Shown: in pieces, positions 16,854-25,655 of the stretch
Numbering within the stretch: the stretch's first letter is position 1
Layout of the letters: each line of letters opens with the position of its first letter
Source of the DNA: Deltaproteobacteria bacterium
GTDB lineage: Bacteria; Myxococcota_A; UBA9160; SZUA-336
DNA length: 64,000 nt
NCBI GenBank assembly: GCA_031396695.1
Contig: JANNLG010000091.1
Location: 3,632 to 67,631, forward strand
Direction of reading: 5' to 3'
Notes under the pieces: generated by a model
Database searches by the model: none
Told to the model about the DNA's origin: nothing
What the model saw: the letters and a program-made list of their open reading frames with translations, nothing else
Translations under genes and position numbers: made by a program

Positions 16854-17084
16854 TCAGTCGATCTGCGGCATCTTCGCGCGCGACAGTCCGAGCAGCGCGC
16901 GGACCAGGAAGCCGAGCATTCGCGGCCGCAGCGTCATGCGCAGCAGCTGCAGAAACTCGCCGAGCGTCATGTGGGTGCGCGCGTCCCACACGCCCATCTT
17001 CCCGCTGATCACGATCTCGCCCTGGCCCGGCTCCATCCTGTCGAACGACAGGATGAAGCGCCCCGCTTGCGACTCGACCGTCAT
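16854..17084 (-). CDS. Hypothetical small protein (76 aa)
   Basis: High GC3 coding pattern. The ATG is 1 nt after the stop of the upstream 450-aa gene. No recognisable motif. Confidence 0.5.
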   Translation of the reverse strand: MTVESQAGRFILSFDRMEPGQGEIVISGKMGVWDARTHMTLGEFLQLLRMTLRPRMLGFLVRALLGLSRAKMPQID

Positions 17085-17085
17085 C

Positions 17086-18438
17086 TCAGGCCGCCCGCAG
17101 CGCCCGCGCGCGCCGCGCGTGCCACTTCTCCAGGTGGCGTCGGTGCCGTTCGGTGTAGGCCCCGTCCTGGTAGTGCGTGTCGTAGAAGTCGCAATCGATG
17201 TGCTGCGCCTGCACCATCACCGTCAGCAGGCAGGGATCGACGAGCGCCGGCAAGCGTCCCCACTTGCGCCAGACCGCGCGCAAGACGTCCTTCGTGCACT
17301 GCACGATCACCGGGTCCGTGCGCGGGATGGCGACCTCCATCTGGCCCGGACGCTTGTACGGAGCGTTCTCCGCGTTCGCGGGATGGAAGATCCCCGTCGG
17401 ACCCCACTTGCGCTCGATCAGATCGTCGACCGCGTCGTCGATCGAGCCGCCGTAGTAGTACGGGTGGTGCGTCTCGAAGACACCGTCTTTCCCGATCGGG
17501 TACGGGAAGCCCGCGAGCGGACCGTGATCCGCGGTCTCGAAGCGGAAGCCGAGGCCTCGACACAGAGGTGTGCCGCCGAGCGCCATCATCGCGTTGAAGC
17601 CGCCAAACGGCCAGCCTCCGAGTCCGAGCGCCGATTCCACCAGCAGCAGGTTCTGCGCCATGAAGCCGACCTCGACGTTGCACGCGCCGAAGGCGACCAG
17701 CGGCTCGAGACTCTGGTACGGCACCGGAATCGTCGCCAGCCCCTGCTTCACCCACTTCTCGCAGCCGAGCGGCGTCATGCCGTCATCGGCGTCCACCGGA
17801 TAGTTGCCCTGCTCGATGAACAGCATCAGCCCGTTGATCAGCTCCGCGGTCACGTCGCAGACCGGCATGAAGAGCGTCGTGCCGGGCTGGTTCGCGTTCC
17901 AGGTGTTGAACGACATGAACGCGGGCGAAGAGTGCGGCAGGTCGATGCGCTCGCTCGAGATCTGCACGCGCCGGTCCGCGAACACGGAGACTAGCTGATC
18001 GAGATCGTCCATGCGCGCGATCTCCTGCATGCGCTCGGGGTGCGTGCCGCGGATCTTCACGACGTAAGTGCCCTCGTCGTTCGTGTAGAACAGCTCCGTG
18101 CCGTGCGAGCCACAGGGACTCGGAAAGGTGCGGCCCGAGTACTCGAGCATGGTGTTGCAGTTGCCGTCCCAGGCCTCACCGGGCGCGAGCTCCTCCTTCC
18201 GCGTGTGCGGCATGTCCGCGAGGTTCGTGCCGGACATGCCCGTCGCGGCCATGCACAAGAGCGCCTCCTCCTCGAAGGAGAGCGGCAGCGGCTGCGCCTG
18301 CGACTTGAATGCGTTGGGTCCGTGACGGATCTCCATGCCCAGTCCGAAGCGGCGTGAGCGCCGTGTGAAGATCGACTCGAAGAGTGGCGTCGACCAAGCC
18401 TCTTCGAGCAGCTTGCGGGTCTCGGGATCCATCGCCAT
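17086..18438 (-). CDS. Large nitroreductase-superfamily-like protein (450 aa, function unknown)
   Basis: Start at the ATG at 18438 (MAMDPE...), with GAGGAGGAA 6 nt upstream. N-terminal TRRSRRFGLG and mid-protein GFMAQNLLLVESALGLGGWPFGG resemble nitroreductase FMN-fold motifs. The domain assignment is tentative. Confidence 0.7.
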   Translation of the reverse strand: MAMDPETRKLLEEAWSTPLFESIFTRRSRRFGLGMEIRHGPNAFKSQAQPLPLSFEEEALLCMAATGMSGTNLADMPHTRKEELAPGEAWDGNCNTMLEYSGRTFPSPCGSHGTELFYTNDEGTYVVKIRGTHPERMQEIARMDDLDQLVSVFADRRVQISSERIDLPHSSPAFMSFNTWNANQPGTTLFMPVCDVTAELINGLMLFIEQGNYPVDADDGMTPLGCEKWVKQGLATIPVPYQSLEPLVAFGACNVEVGFMAQNLLLVESALGLGGWPFGGFNAMMALGGTPLCRGLGFRFETADHGPLAGFPYPIGKDGVFETHHPYYYGGSIDDAVDDLIERKWGPTGIFHPANAENAPYKRPGQMEVAIPRTDPVIVQCTKDVLRAVWRKWGRLPALVDPCLLTVMVQAQHIDCDFYDTHYQDGAYTERHRRHLEKWHARRARALRAA

Positions 18439-18492
18439 GGCAGGTTCCTCCTCGCGCTGGCTGCAAAGAGAACAGGCGCGCCGAGCGGCAGC

Positions 18493-18508
18493 TATGACGG
18501 CGGTCATA
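18493..18508. promoter_or_regulatory. Perfect palindrome TATGAC-GGCG-GTCATA (copy 3 of 5)
   Basis: Lies in the divergent gap. Centre is 62.5 bp from the 450-aa gene ATG (18438) and 42.5 bp from the nitroreductase ATG (18543). Confidence 0.7.
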
Positions 18509-18542
18509 AGCCGGGGGATTGCGCCCGGCTAGTGTCGTGTTG

Positions 18543-19325
18543 ATGGAACTACGCGGTGTACTCGGTGGGCGGCGTTCGATCCGCTTCTTCGACCCGGATC
18601 GACCGGTCGAGCGTGCGAAGATCCAGAGGATGCTCGAGGCGATGCGAATCGCTTCGTGCGCGGTGAACGCGCACTGGCTGCGCGCGGTGGTGGTGAATCG
18701 CGCCGACATCCCGGCCGCGACGCTGGAGGCTCTGAAGACGCCCGTCGCCGGGCTCGTCCAAGAGCTCGCTCCGGTCCACATCTACTGCTACCTCGACGCG
18801 GGCGTGGTCACGCGCGTGAAGGGTGCGCGCCTGAAGCAGCTCGTGGACGTCGGCGCGCTGAACCCGACGCACGGTTGGAGTCACCGCTTCGTCGACGAGT
18901 TCGTCTATCCCCAGATCCTCGAGCCGATGACGAAGGGGCCAGGCTATCTCGTCTCGGCCGCCTTCGACTGCGGCGGCGCCGGTACGCAGGGTCTGCTGGT
19001 CGCCGTCGACGAGGGACTCGGCGTCTGCTGGACGGCGTTCAACCCGGCGCCCGCAAAGCAGCTGCTCGGCGTGCCCGACGACTGGGTGCCTCTCTACTGT
19101 CTGAACGTCGGCTACGCACTCGAGTCACGCGATGCCGGTGGCCAGCGACCACGCCCGCCGTTCGAAGAGCTGTACTTCGAGGGTCGCTTCGGCCGGCCCT
19201 TCGCGCGCGACGCGAAGGTGGTCGGCGAGCTCGAGCAGACCGGCATGATCCAGCCGCCCGCGCCGCTGCCGGGCCGCCGCGAGGAAATTCGCGGGCTCGC
19301 GCACCGGCTCGGGCTGCCGGAGTAA
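18543..19325 (+). CDS. Nitroreductase-family protein (paralog of 5089..5877)
   Basis: 260 aa from the ATG at 18543 (MELRGVLGGRRSIRFF...). Alignable end to end with the 262-aa copy, including the C-terminal extension. Confidence 0.85.
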   Translation: MELRGVLGGRRSIRFFDPDRPVERAKIQRMLEAMRIASCAVNAHWLRAVVVNRADIPAATLEALKTPVAGLVQELAPVHIYCYLDAGVVTRVKGARLKQLVDVGALNPTHGWSHRFVDEFVYPQILEPMTKGPGYLVSAAFDCGGAGTQGLLVAVDEGLGVCWTAFNPAPAKQLLGVPDDWVPLYCLNVGYALESRDAGGQRPRPPFEELYFEGRFGRPFARDAKVVGELEQTGMIQPPAPLPGRREEIRGLAHRLGLPE

Positions 19326-19329
19326 CGCG

Positions 19330-19737
19330 GTGCCGCTCGAGCGCGCACCGGACACGTTCGGGAGCGTGGCGATCTGGCGCGCGGGCCTGCGCGCGCAGTG
19401 GGGCGGCGACCCGCTGGCCGAGGAGCCGAGCCGGCTCGAGAGCCTGGCCGACTTCTGCGTTTTCGCCGGACAGGATCCCGACGCGCTGGTGGCGTTCTGC
19501 GTCCTGCGCAAACGCGACACCGGCGAGCGTTTCGCCAGCGCCGCCCGCCGCGCCGAACTCGCCGCGAAGCTGCGCGCCTGGGTCGCCGAGCGCGGACTCG
19601 CGGGCGCGGCGGCACCGCGCGCCTCGGCCGACGTGCTTTCGTTCCTGATCCACAACGGTGTCATGATGAACCCGGGCGCCGCGCACACGACGCCCCCGCC
19701 CGCGGGCCCGACCACGCCTCCCGGTCAGCCCGCGTAG
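19330..19737 (+). CDS. Hypothetical protein (135 aa)
   Basis: GTG start 4 nt after the nitroreductase stop. Strong GC3 bias in this frame. No motif recognised. The Pro-rich tail overlaps the convergent LLM gene by 13 nt. Confidence 0.5.
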   Translation: MPLERAPDTFGSVAIWRAGLRAQWGGDPLAEEPSRLESLADFCVFAGQDPDALVAFCVLRKRDTGERFASAARRAELAAKLRAWVAERGLAGAAAPRASADVLSFLIHNGVMMNPGAAHTTPPPAGPTTPPGQPA

Positions 19738-20750
19738 AAGAGCTTCGCGATCCGCTCCTGGTACGCGAACAGGCGATCGGGAGCGAGCGCGTAGGCCGGT
19801 GGAACGAGACACAGGGAGTCGGCGACGGTCCAGGCGCGCTCGACCTGCGCGCGCACGCGATCGTTCGAGCCGAGCAGCACGAAGCAACGAACCATCTCGT
19901 CGGGGACGAGCCGGGCGTGCGACAGCACCTCTCCGCGCTTGACCTCTTGCTGCAGACGCCGCGCGACATCGCCGAAGCCGTGGGCTTCGAAGAACGACTC
20001 GTACTGCTGGATTCCGGCGTAGAACGCGACGCTCGCGCGCGAGTCCTCGATCGCCTCGCCCTCGTCAGAGTTCGGTGCGCACCAGAGCCAGAGGTTCAGC
20101 TCGATGTCTTCGCGCTTTCGGCCCGCGCGCGCGAGGCCGGCGCGCAGATCGGGCTGGATGCGCTCGACCGCCCAATCGAGCGACCACATCGGATGGCCCA
20201 TCACGCCGTTCGCGATCTCTGCGGCCAGGCGCACGGCGGGGCCGCGCAGCGCGGCGATCCAGACGGGCACGTCCTCGCGCAGCGGCGGCGCGGTCGGTTG
20301 CAACTCGGCGAAGTCGGCCCGGTAGTAGCGGCCTTCGAAGGGCTCGAGCCCGCGGTGCGCACCGCGCATCACGTGGCGCACGGCGGCGACGGTCTCGCGC
20401 AGGTGCTCGAGCGGTCGGTGCTCGGGCGCGCCGAACACGCCGCGCGTCCACGCTTGCACGCTCGCGCCGAGACCGAGCACGAAGCGACCGCCGCTCAGGC
20501 GGTCGAGGTCGAGCGCCGCCATCGCCGTCTCGAACGGGCTGCGCGCGGCGGCGATCGCGATGCCGCTCGCGAGTTTCACGCGCTCGGTCGCCATCGCGGC
20601 GGCGGCGAGCGGAATCCACGGGGGTCCGTAGACCTGCGGCGCGAACAGCCCCTCGAGTCCCTGTGCCTCCGCCTGTCGCGCGATCACATTCAGGATCGGC
20701 GCCGGCAGCGCGCTCACGAAGCCCCAGTACCGCCGTCGAGCACTCATCAT
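19725..20750 (-). CDS. LLM-class (luciferase-like) flavin/F420-dependent oxidoreductase
   Basis: 341 aa from the ATG at 20750 (GGGAG RBS). Has LLM TIM-barrel hallmarks (GFVSALP..., SGGRFVLGLGAS, insertion region). Confidence 0.85.
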   Translation of the reverse strand: MMSARRRYWGFVSALPAPILNVIARQAEAQGLEGLFAPQVYGPPWIPLAAAAMATERVKLASGIAIAAARSPFETAMAALDLDRLSGGRFVLGLGASVQAWTRGVFGAPEHRPLEHLRETVAAVRHVMRGAHRGLEPFEGRYYRADFAELQPTAPPLREDVPVWIAALRGPAVRLAAEIANGVMGHPMWSLDWAVERIQPDLRAGLARAGRKREDIELNLWLWCAPNSDEGEAIEDSRASVAFYAGIQQYESFFEAHGFGDVARRLQQEVKRGEVLSHARLVPDEMVRCFVLLGSNDRVRAQVERAWTVADSLCLVPPAYALAPDRLFAYQERIAKLFYAG

Positions 20751-20805
20751 GCTGCTCCCTGTCTGCCGTCTCGTCACAGCATCGGCGACGCCATGGCTGG
20801 GCGGC

Positions 20806-20821
20806 TATGACGGGCGTCATA
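20806..20821. promoter_or_regulatory. Perfect palindrome TATGAC-GGGC-GTCATA (copy 4 of 5)
   Basis: Lies in the divergent gap. Centre is 63.5 bp from the LLM ATG (20750) and 41.5 bp from the RND adaptor ATG (20855). Confidence 0.7.
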
Positions 20822-20854
20822 ACGACGAATCCACGCGCGCCGTAGCGTGCTTGC

Positions 20855-22015
20855 ATGACTTCGAGACACTCTCGCTGCGCGTTCATGGCCGTGCTCGCCG
20901 CTTCGCTCTGGGGGAACGGCTGCAATTCCCCGGTGGCTCCCTCACTAGAAGACGAGCGCGCAGCGAAAGCTTCGGCCGCGTCCGCGGCGGCGCCCTCCGT
21001 CGAAGGCGTCTACACCGCGCTGGTTCACCGTGGCCAGATCGCGAGCACGATCACGACCTCGGGTTCGATCGCCGCGCGCCGCTCGACCACGCTCGGTCCG
21101 TCTGTGCCCGGACGCATCATCCACATCTTCGTGCAGGTCGGTGACGAGGTTCCGTTCGGCGCGCCGATCTTCCAGATCGACCCAGGGCCCTACGCGAGCA
21201 TCCAGGCCGAGGCGGATGCCGGTCTCGCGGTCGCGCGCGCCGACCTCGAGGACGCGCGCGAGAACGAAGCACGCATTGCCATGCTGGCCGCCAAGGAGAT
21301 GATCTCGAGCGAGGATCACCGCCGCGCGCGCACGGCGGTCAAGCTCGCGATGTCGCGGCTCGAGGCAGCCGAGGCGCGGGCATCGCGCGCGCGCGACGAC
21401 TTGAACCGCACGCTCGTGCTCGCGCCCTACGCGGGAAGCATCATCGAGCGCAGCACCCACGAGGGCACCATGGCGACGGTCACGCCGAACACCGCCGTCG
21501 TCGTGCTGCAGGAGAGCGGTGAGCTCGAGGCGATCGTCGACGTGCCCGAGGCATCGCGTATCGCCGTGCGGCCGGGTGACCGCGTGCGCATCTGGACCGA
21601 GGAGCTGCCCGCGCCGCTCGAGTCGGAGGTGCGCGCAGTGAGCCGCGCGATCGACCCGCGCACGCGTACCTACCGCGTGCGCGCGAGCGTTCGCGATCCG
21701 AGCAGCACGCTCAAGTCGGGCGCGTTCGTGCGCGCCGAGATCAGTCCCGGTCCGCGTCCGGAAGCGCTGCTCGTGGAGCGTTCCGCAGTCGTGCAGCGCG
21801 ACGGCAGCTCGTACGTCTTCCGCGTCGCCGACGGCCGCGCCGAACGCATCAGCGTGCGCCTCGGCGTGCTTGGCCTGCAGGACGCGGAAGTGCTCGATGG
21901 ACTCGCAGACGGCGACCGCGTCGTGCTCGGCGATGTGGTCGGGAGGCTCGATGACGGCGCGCGCGTGCGCCCGATCGAGGTCGCGGCGGGCCCTGCGCCG
22001 AAGGCGCGGCCGTGA
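20855..22015 (+). CDS. RND efflux periplasmic adaptor (membrane fusion protein), probable lipoprotein
   Basis: 386 aa. N-terminal hydrophobic segment ending in Cys (AASLWGNGC). Coiled-coil hairpin, lipoyl and beta-barrel pattern of the HlyD/AcrA family. GTGA overlap with the pump gene. Confidence 0.85.
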   Translation: MTSRHSRCAFMAVLAASLWGNGCNSPVAPSLEDERAAKASAASAAAPSVEGVYTALVHRGQIASTITTSGSIAARRSTTLGPSVPGRIIHIFVQVGDEVPFGAPIFQIDPGPYASIQAEADAGLAVARADLEDARENEARIAMLAAKEMISSEDHRRARTAVKLAMSRLEAAEARASRARDDLNRTLVLAPYAGSIIERSTHEGTMATVTPNTAVVVLQESGELEAIVDVPEASRIAVRPGDRVRIWTEELPAPLESEVRAVSRAIDPRTRTYRVRASVRDPSSTLKSGAFVRAEISPGPRPEALLVERSAVVQRDGSSYVFRVADGRAERISVRLGVLGLQDAEVLDGLADGDRVVLGDVVGRLDDGARVRPIEVAAGPAPKARP

Positions 22016-25000
22016 AGCTCGCCTCGCTCTCGATCCGGCGACCGGTGTTCGCGCTGATGCTGTCACTCGGGCTGGTCGTGCTCGGCTTGGTCTCGCTTTC
22101 GCGCCTCGAGATCGCGCTCGACCCGGACGTGGAGTTCCCGTTCATCGCGGTGACGACCGTGCTGCGCGGCGCCTCGCCCGAGACCGTCGAGTCCGAGATC
22201 ACCGACGTGCTCGAGGAGGAGATCAACACCACCGAGGGCATCCGCTCGCTGCGCTCGGTCTCCGCGGAGAGCCTCTCGCAGGTGTTCGTCGAGTTCGAGA
22301 TCGGCGAGGACGTCGACGTGAAGGCTCAGCAGATCCGCGACAAGGTCGCGCTCGCGCGTCCGCGGCTGCCGCTCGACGCGGAGGACTCCGTGGTCGCGCA
22401 GCTCGATCCGGACGCGGCGCCGATCCTGTCGATCCTGCTGGCGGGACCGTATGCGATTCGCGAGCTCTCCGAGCTCGCGGAGAACGAGGTCGCCGATCGC
22501 ATCGAGCGGCTGCCCGGAGTGGGCAGTGTCTCGGTCGTGGGCTCGCGCAGGCGCGAGATCCGCATCTGGCTCGATCCGCTGAGACTGTCCGGCTACGGGC
22601 TCTCGATCGAAGAGATCGCCGACGTGCTGCGCCGCGAGAACGCGGAGCTCGCCGGCGGCCGGATCGAGAACGCCGAGCAGGAGTGGGCGGTCACGACCGC
22701 CAACAAGGTCGGCCGGATCGACGACTTCGGCAGCCTGATCGTCGCCGAGCGTGGTGGCAGCCTCGTTCATCTGCTCGACGTGGCCACGATCGAGGACGGC
22801 CTGCAAGAGGAACGCAGCATCGCGCGCCTGAACGGCGAGCGCGGCGTTTCCCTCGAGGTGCGCCGACGCAGCGGCGCCAACACCGTCGCGGTTGCGCGCG
22901 CGGTGCGCGCGACCGTCGAGGAGCTGCGCGCGACCCTGCCCGCCGGCCTGTCGATGTCGCTCGCGCGCGACAACGCGACCTTCATCGAGGACTCGATCGG
23001 CTCGATCTTCGAGGACATGGTGCTCGGCGCGATCCTGACCGTAGCGGTCGTGCTGCTCTTCCTGCGCAACCTGCGCTCGACGCTGATCGCTGCACTCGCG
23101 ATCCCCGCCAGCGTGATCGCCTCGTTCACGTTCTTCCTGATGGCGGGCTTCACGCTGAACATGATGTCGCTGATGGCACTCTCGCTCTCAATCGGGCTGG
23201 TGATCGATGACGCGATCGTGGTGCTCGAGGCAATCTACCGCCGGCTCGAGTCTGGCGAGTCCCGCCGTGAGGCCGCGGACCGGGGAACCGAACAGGTCGG
23301 GCTCGCGGTCGTGTCCACGACACTCGCCGTGTGCGCGGTTTTCGTGCCGATCGCCTTCATGTCGGGCATGGTCGGCCAGTGGTTCTACGAGTTCGGCTTG
23401 GTCGTCGCGATCGCCGTCGGCGTCTCCACGCTGGTGGCGCTGACGCTCACGCCGATGCTTGCGAGCAAACTGCTGCGGCTCGAGCGTGCACCCGGTCGCA
23501 CGGTGCGCACGCTCGAGCGCGGCCAGACCGCGCTCGAGCACGGCTATCGGCGCCTGCTGGCCGGCGCGTTGCGACGCAAGGGACTCACGGTCGGCGCAGC
23601 GCTCGTCGCGATCGTGCTCGGACTCGGCGTGGCAGCGCTTCTGCCCTTCGACTTCTACCAACAGGGCGATCAAGGCGAGTTCGCGGTCGACGCCAAGCTC
23701 CCGATCGGAACACCGCTCGGCGTCACCGATCGGGTTTCTCGACGCATCGAGGAGATCGTCTCAGCCCAACCGCATGTGCTCGACGTGTTCGCGACGGTCG
23801 GGCCCGGCTTGCAGCGCGAAGCCAACCGCACGCACATCGTCGTGAAGCTGGTGCCGAAGCAGGAGCGGAGCGCGACCCAGCTCGACGTGATGGACGCCCT
23901 GCGCGAGACGCTGCACGATGCGGTGCCGGAGGCCGAGGAAATCTCCGTCGGCGAGCTCTCCTGGATCCAGTTCAGCGGTGGACGCTCCGCGACGCTCGTC
24001 TACACGCTGCGCGGTCCCGACCTCGAGCGGCTCGCAGGTCACGCGGCGGCGCTGGTCGCGCGCATGAAGTCCGACCCGGTCTTCGTCGACGTCGCGTCGT
24101 CGCACGAGACCGGCCGGCCGGAGATCCGGCTCACGCTCGCGCGCGACGTCGCCGCGGACTTGAGCGTGCCCGGCGTCGCGGTCGGCCGCACGATCCGCGC
24201 GCTGCTCGCCGGTGAGAAGGTCGGCACCTTCGAGCAGTCCGGCGAGCGCTACGACGTGCGCGTGCAGGTGCTCCCGGAGTATCGCGACGATCCCGGCGAG
24301 CTCGACCTGATCCGCGTGCGCTCCATGCGCGGCGATCTGGTCCCGCTCACCAACGTGGCGCGCGTGCGCATCGGCGAAGGCCCGGTCGAGATCCATCGCG
24401 AGGATCGCTCGCGGCAGATCACGCTGTACGCAAACCTCGCGCACGGCGCGCCACTCGGCGTCGGATCGCAGAAGCTCGAGGCCTGGGGCCGCGAGCTCGC
24501 GATCGTTAGCCCGGACGAGCTGGCGGCCGCGGGGCGCGCGCGCGCGATGATGGAGACGGGTACGGCCATCCGCTTCGCGTTCTTCCTGGCGCTCGCGGCC
24601 ATCTACATGATCCTCGCATCGCTGTTCAACTCGCTCGTGCATCCGTTCACGATCATGGTGTCCGCGCCGCTCGCGTTCATCGGCGGCTTCCTCGCGCTCT
24701 GGTTCGCGGGCATGTCACTCGACCTGATGAGCGGCATCGGCCTGCTGGTGCTTCTGGGTCTGGTGATGAAGAACGGCATCCTGCTGGTCGACTGCGCGAA
24801 CCAGCTGCGCGAGGACGGCCGGAGCGCGCAGAACGCCATGCTCGAGGCGGGCCCAGTGCGCTTGCGCCCCGTGCTGATGACGACGGGCGCGCTGATCTTC
24901 GGTCTGCTGCCGGTCGCGTTCAGTGCCAGCTCTGGCTCGGAATTCCGCGCACCCATGGCCATGATCACCGTCGGCGGCCTGTTGACCTCGACGCTGCTCA

Positions 25001-25146
25001 CCTTGGTCGTGGTTCCGGTCGTCTATTGCCTGCTCGATTCGCTGCGCATCGGCGCCGCATTGCGCCTCGGCACCGCTCTGCGCGAGCGGCTTCGCGGATG
25101 GTCAGGGCTCGTCGAAGAACGAATCGATCTCGGGCGGCGCCCGTAG
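22012..25146 (+). CDS. RND efflux transporter permease (AcrB/HAE family)
   Basis: 1044 aa. Internally duplicated 12-TM architecture with two large periplasmic loops. Typical N-terminus SIRRPVFALMLSL. Confidence 0.95.
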   Translation: MKLASLSIRRPVFALMLSLGLVVLGLVSLSRLEIALDPDVEFPFIAVTTVLRGASPETVESEITDVLEEEINTTEGIRSLRSVSAESLSQVFVEFEIGEDVDVKAQQIRDKVALARPRLPLDAEDSVVAQLDPDAAPILSILLAGPYAIRELSELAENEVADRIERLPGVGSVSVVGSRRREIRIWLDPLRLSGYGLSIEEIADVLRRENAELAGGRIENAEQEWAVTTANKVGRIDDFGSLIVAERGGSLVHLLDVATIEDGLQEERSIARLNGERGVSLEVRRRSGANTVAVARAVRATVEELRATLPAGLSMSLARDNATFIEDSIGSIFEDMVLGAILTVAVVLLFLRNLRSTLIAALAIPASVIASFTFFLMAGFTLNMMSLMALSLSIGLVIDDAIVVLEAIYRRLESGESRREAADRGTEQVGLAVVSTTLAVCAVFVPIAFMSGMVGQWFYEFGLVVAIAVGVSTLVALTLTPMLASKLLRLERAPGRTVRTLERGQTALEHGYRRLLAGALRRKGLTVGAALVAIVLGLGVAALLPFDFYQQGDQGEFAVDAKLPIGTPLGVTDRVSRRIEEIVSAQPHVLDVFATVGPGLQREANRTHIVVKLVPKQERSATQLDVMDALRETLHDAVPEAEEISVGELSWIQFSGGRSATLVYTLRGPDLERLAGHAAALVARMKSDPVFVDVASSHETGRPEIRLTLARDVAADLSVPGVAVGRTIRALLAGEKVGTFEQSGERYDVRVQVLPEYRDDPGELDLIRVRSMRGDLVPLTNVARVRIGEGPVEIHREDRSRQITLYANLAHGAPLGVGSQKLEAWGRELAIVSPDELAAAGRARAMMETGTAIRFAFFLALAAIYMILASLFNSLVHPFTIMVSAPLAFIGGFLALWFAGMSLDLMSGIGLLVLLGLVMKNGILLVDCANQLREDGRSAQNAMLEAGPVRLRPVLMTTGALIFGLLPVAFSASSGSEFRAPMAMITVGGLLTSTLLTLVVVPVVYCLLDSLRIGAALRLGTALRERLRGWSGLVEERIDLGRRP

Positions 25147-25620
25147 GCCCAGCTGGATCGCGGCGATATCCGCGATCTTCCGCCGCGCGGCGATCAGGTG
25201 GACCGGGATCGAGATCGCGATCGCCCAAGACAGCCAGATGTGGGAGTCGAGCGCGAAGTCGGCCGCGCCGACCGGCAGGTGCTCCTGCTGCCACAGCGCG
25301 AGGCCGGAGAGCGACAACAGCAGCGACAACACGAGCGTGAGCACGATGTGCAGCTTGCGCCAGTTCGGCGGATCGGGCGGGCCGAGCCGCGCGCCCAGGT
25401 CGCGAGCGAGCGGCCGCGCCGCGAGCGCCAACGAGAGCAGCGGCGCGGCGATGAACGCGAAGCCCGTCCACTCGTGCACGGCGGCGAGCGCCAGTCCGTA
25501 GCCGCCGAGCAGCTGCGCGCGCAGCTCCGGCCAGTGGATCAGAACGCCGGTGGCGACGAGCAGCAGGCTGGCGCAGGCATGCGCGGCGTGGAGGGCGCGT
25601 CGCAGGCTTCCCGGGCTCAT
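25102..25620 (-). CDS. Four-helix b-type cytochrome (cytochrome b561 / hydrogenase-FDH gamma-like) membrane protein
   Basis: 172 aa with 4 predicted TM segments and conserved-looking His on the helices (LIHW, AVHEW, LHIVL, SHIW...PVHL). Divergent from the molybdoenzyme operon. The RBS is weak. Confidence 0.6.
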   Translation of the reverse strand: MSPGSLRRALHAAHACASLLLVATGVLIHWPELRAQLLGGYGLALAAVHEWTGFAFIAAPLLSLALAARPLARDLGARLGPPDPPNWRKLHIVLTLVLSLLLSLSGLALWQQEHLPVGAADFALDSHIWLSWAIAISIPVHLIAARRKIADIAAIQLGLRAPPEIDSFFDEP

Positions 25621-25655
25621 GGATTTGGAGGCTATGGGCGCGGCCGTCGCACGCC

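Noticed and set aside
20855-25146. The RND pump and the two ABC/MacB-type exporters as an acquired resistance island or mobile element.
   Set aside because: No integrase, transposase, flanking repeats or compositional break is visible. The gene content is ordinary for a Gram-negative chromosome.
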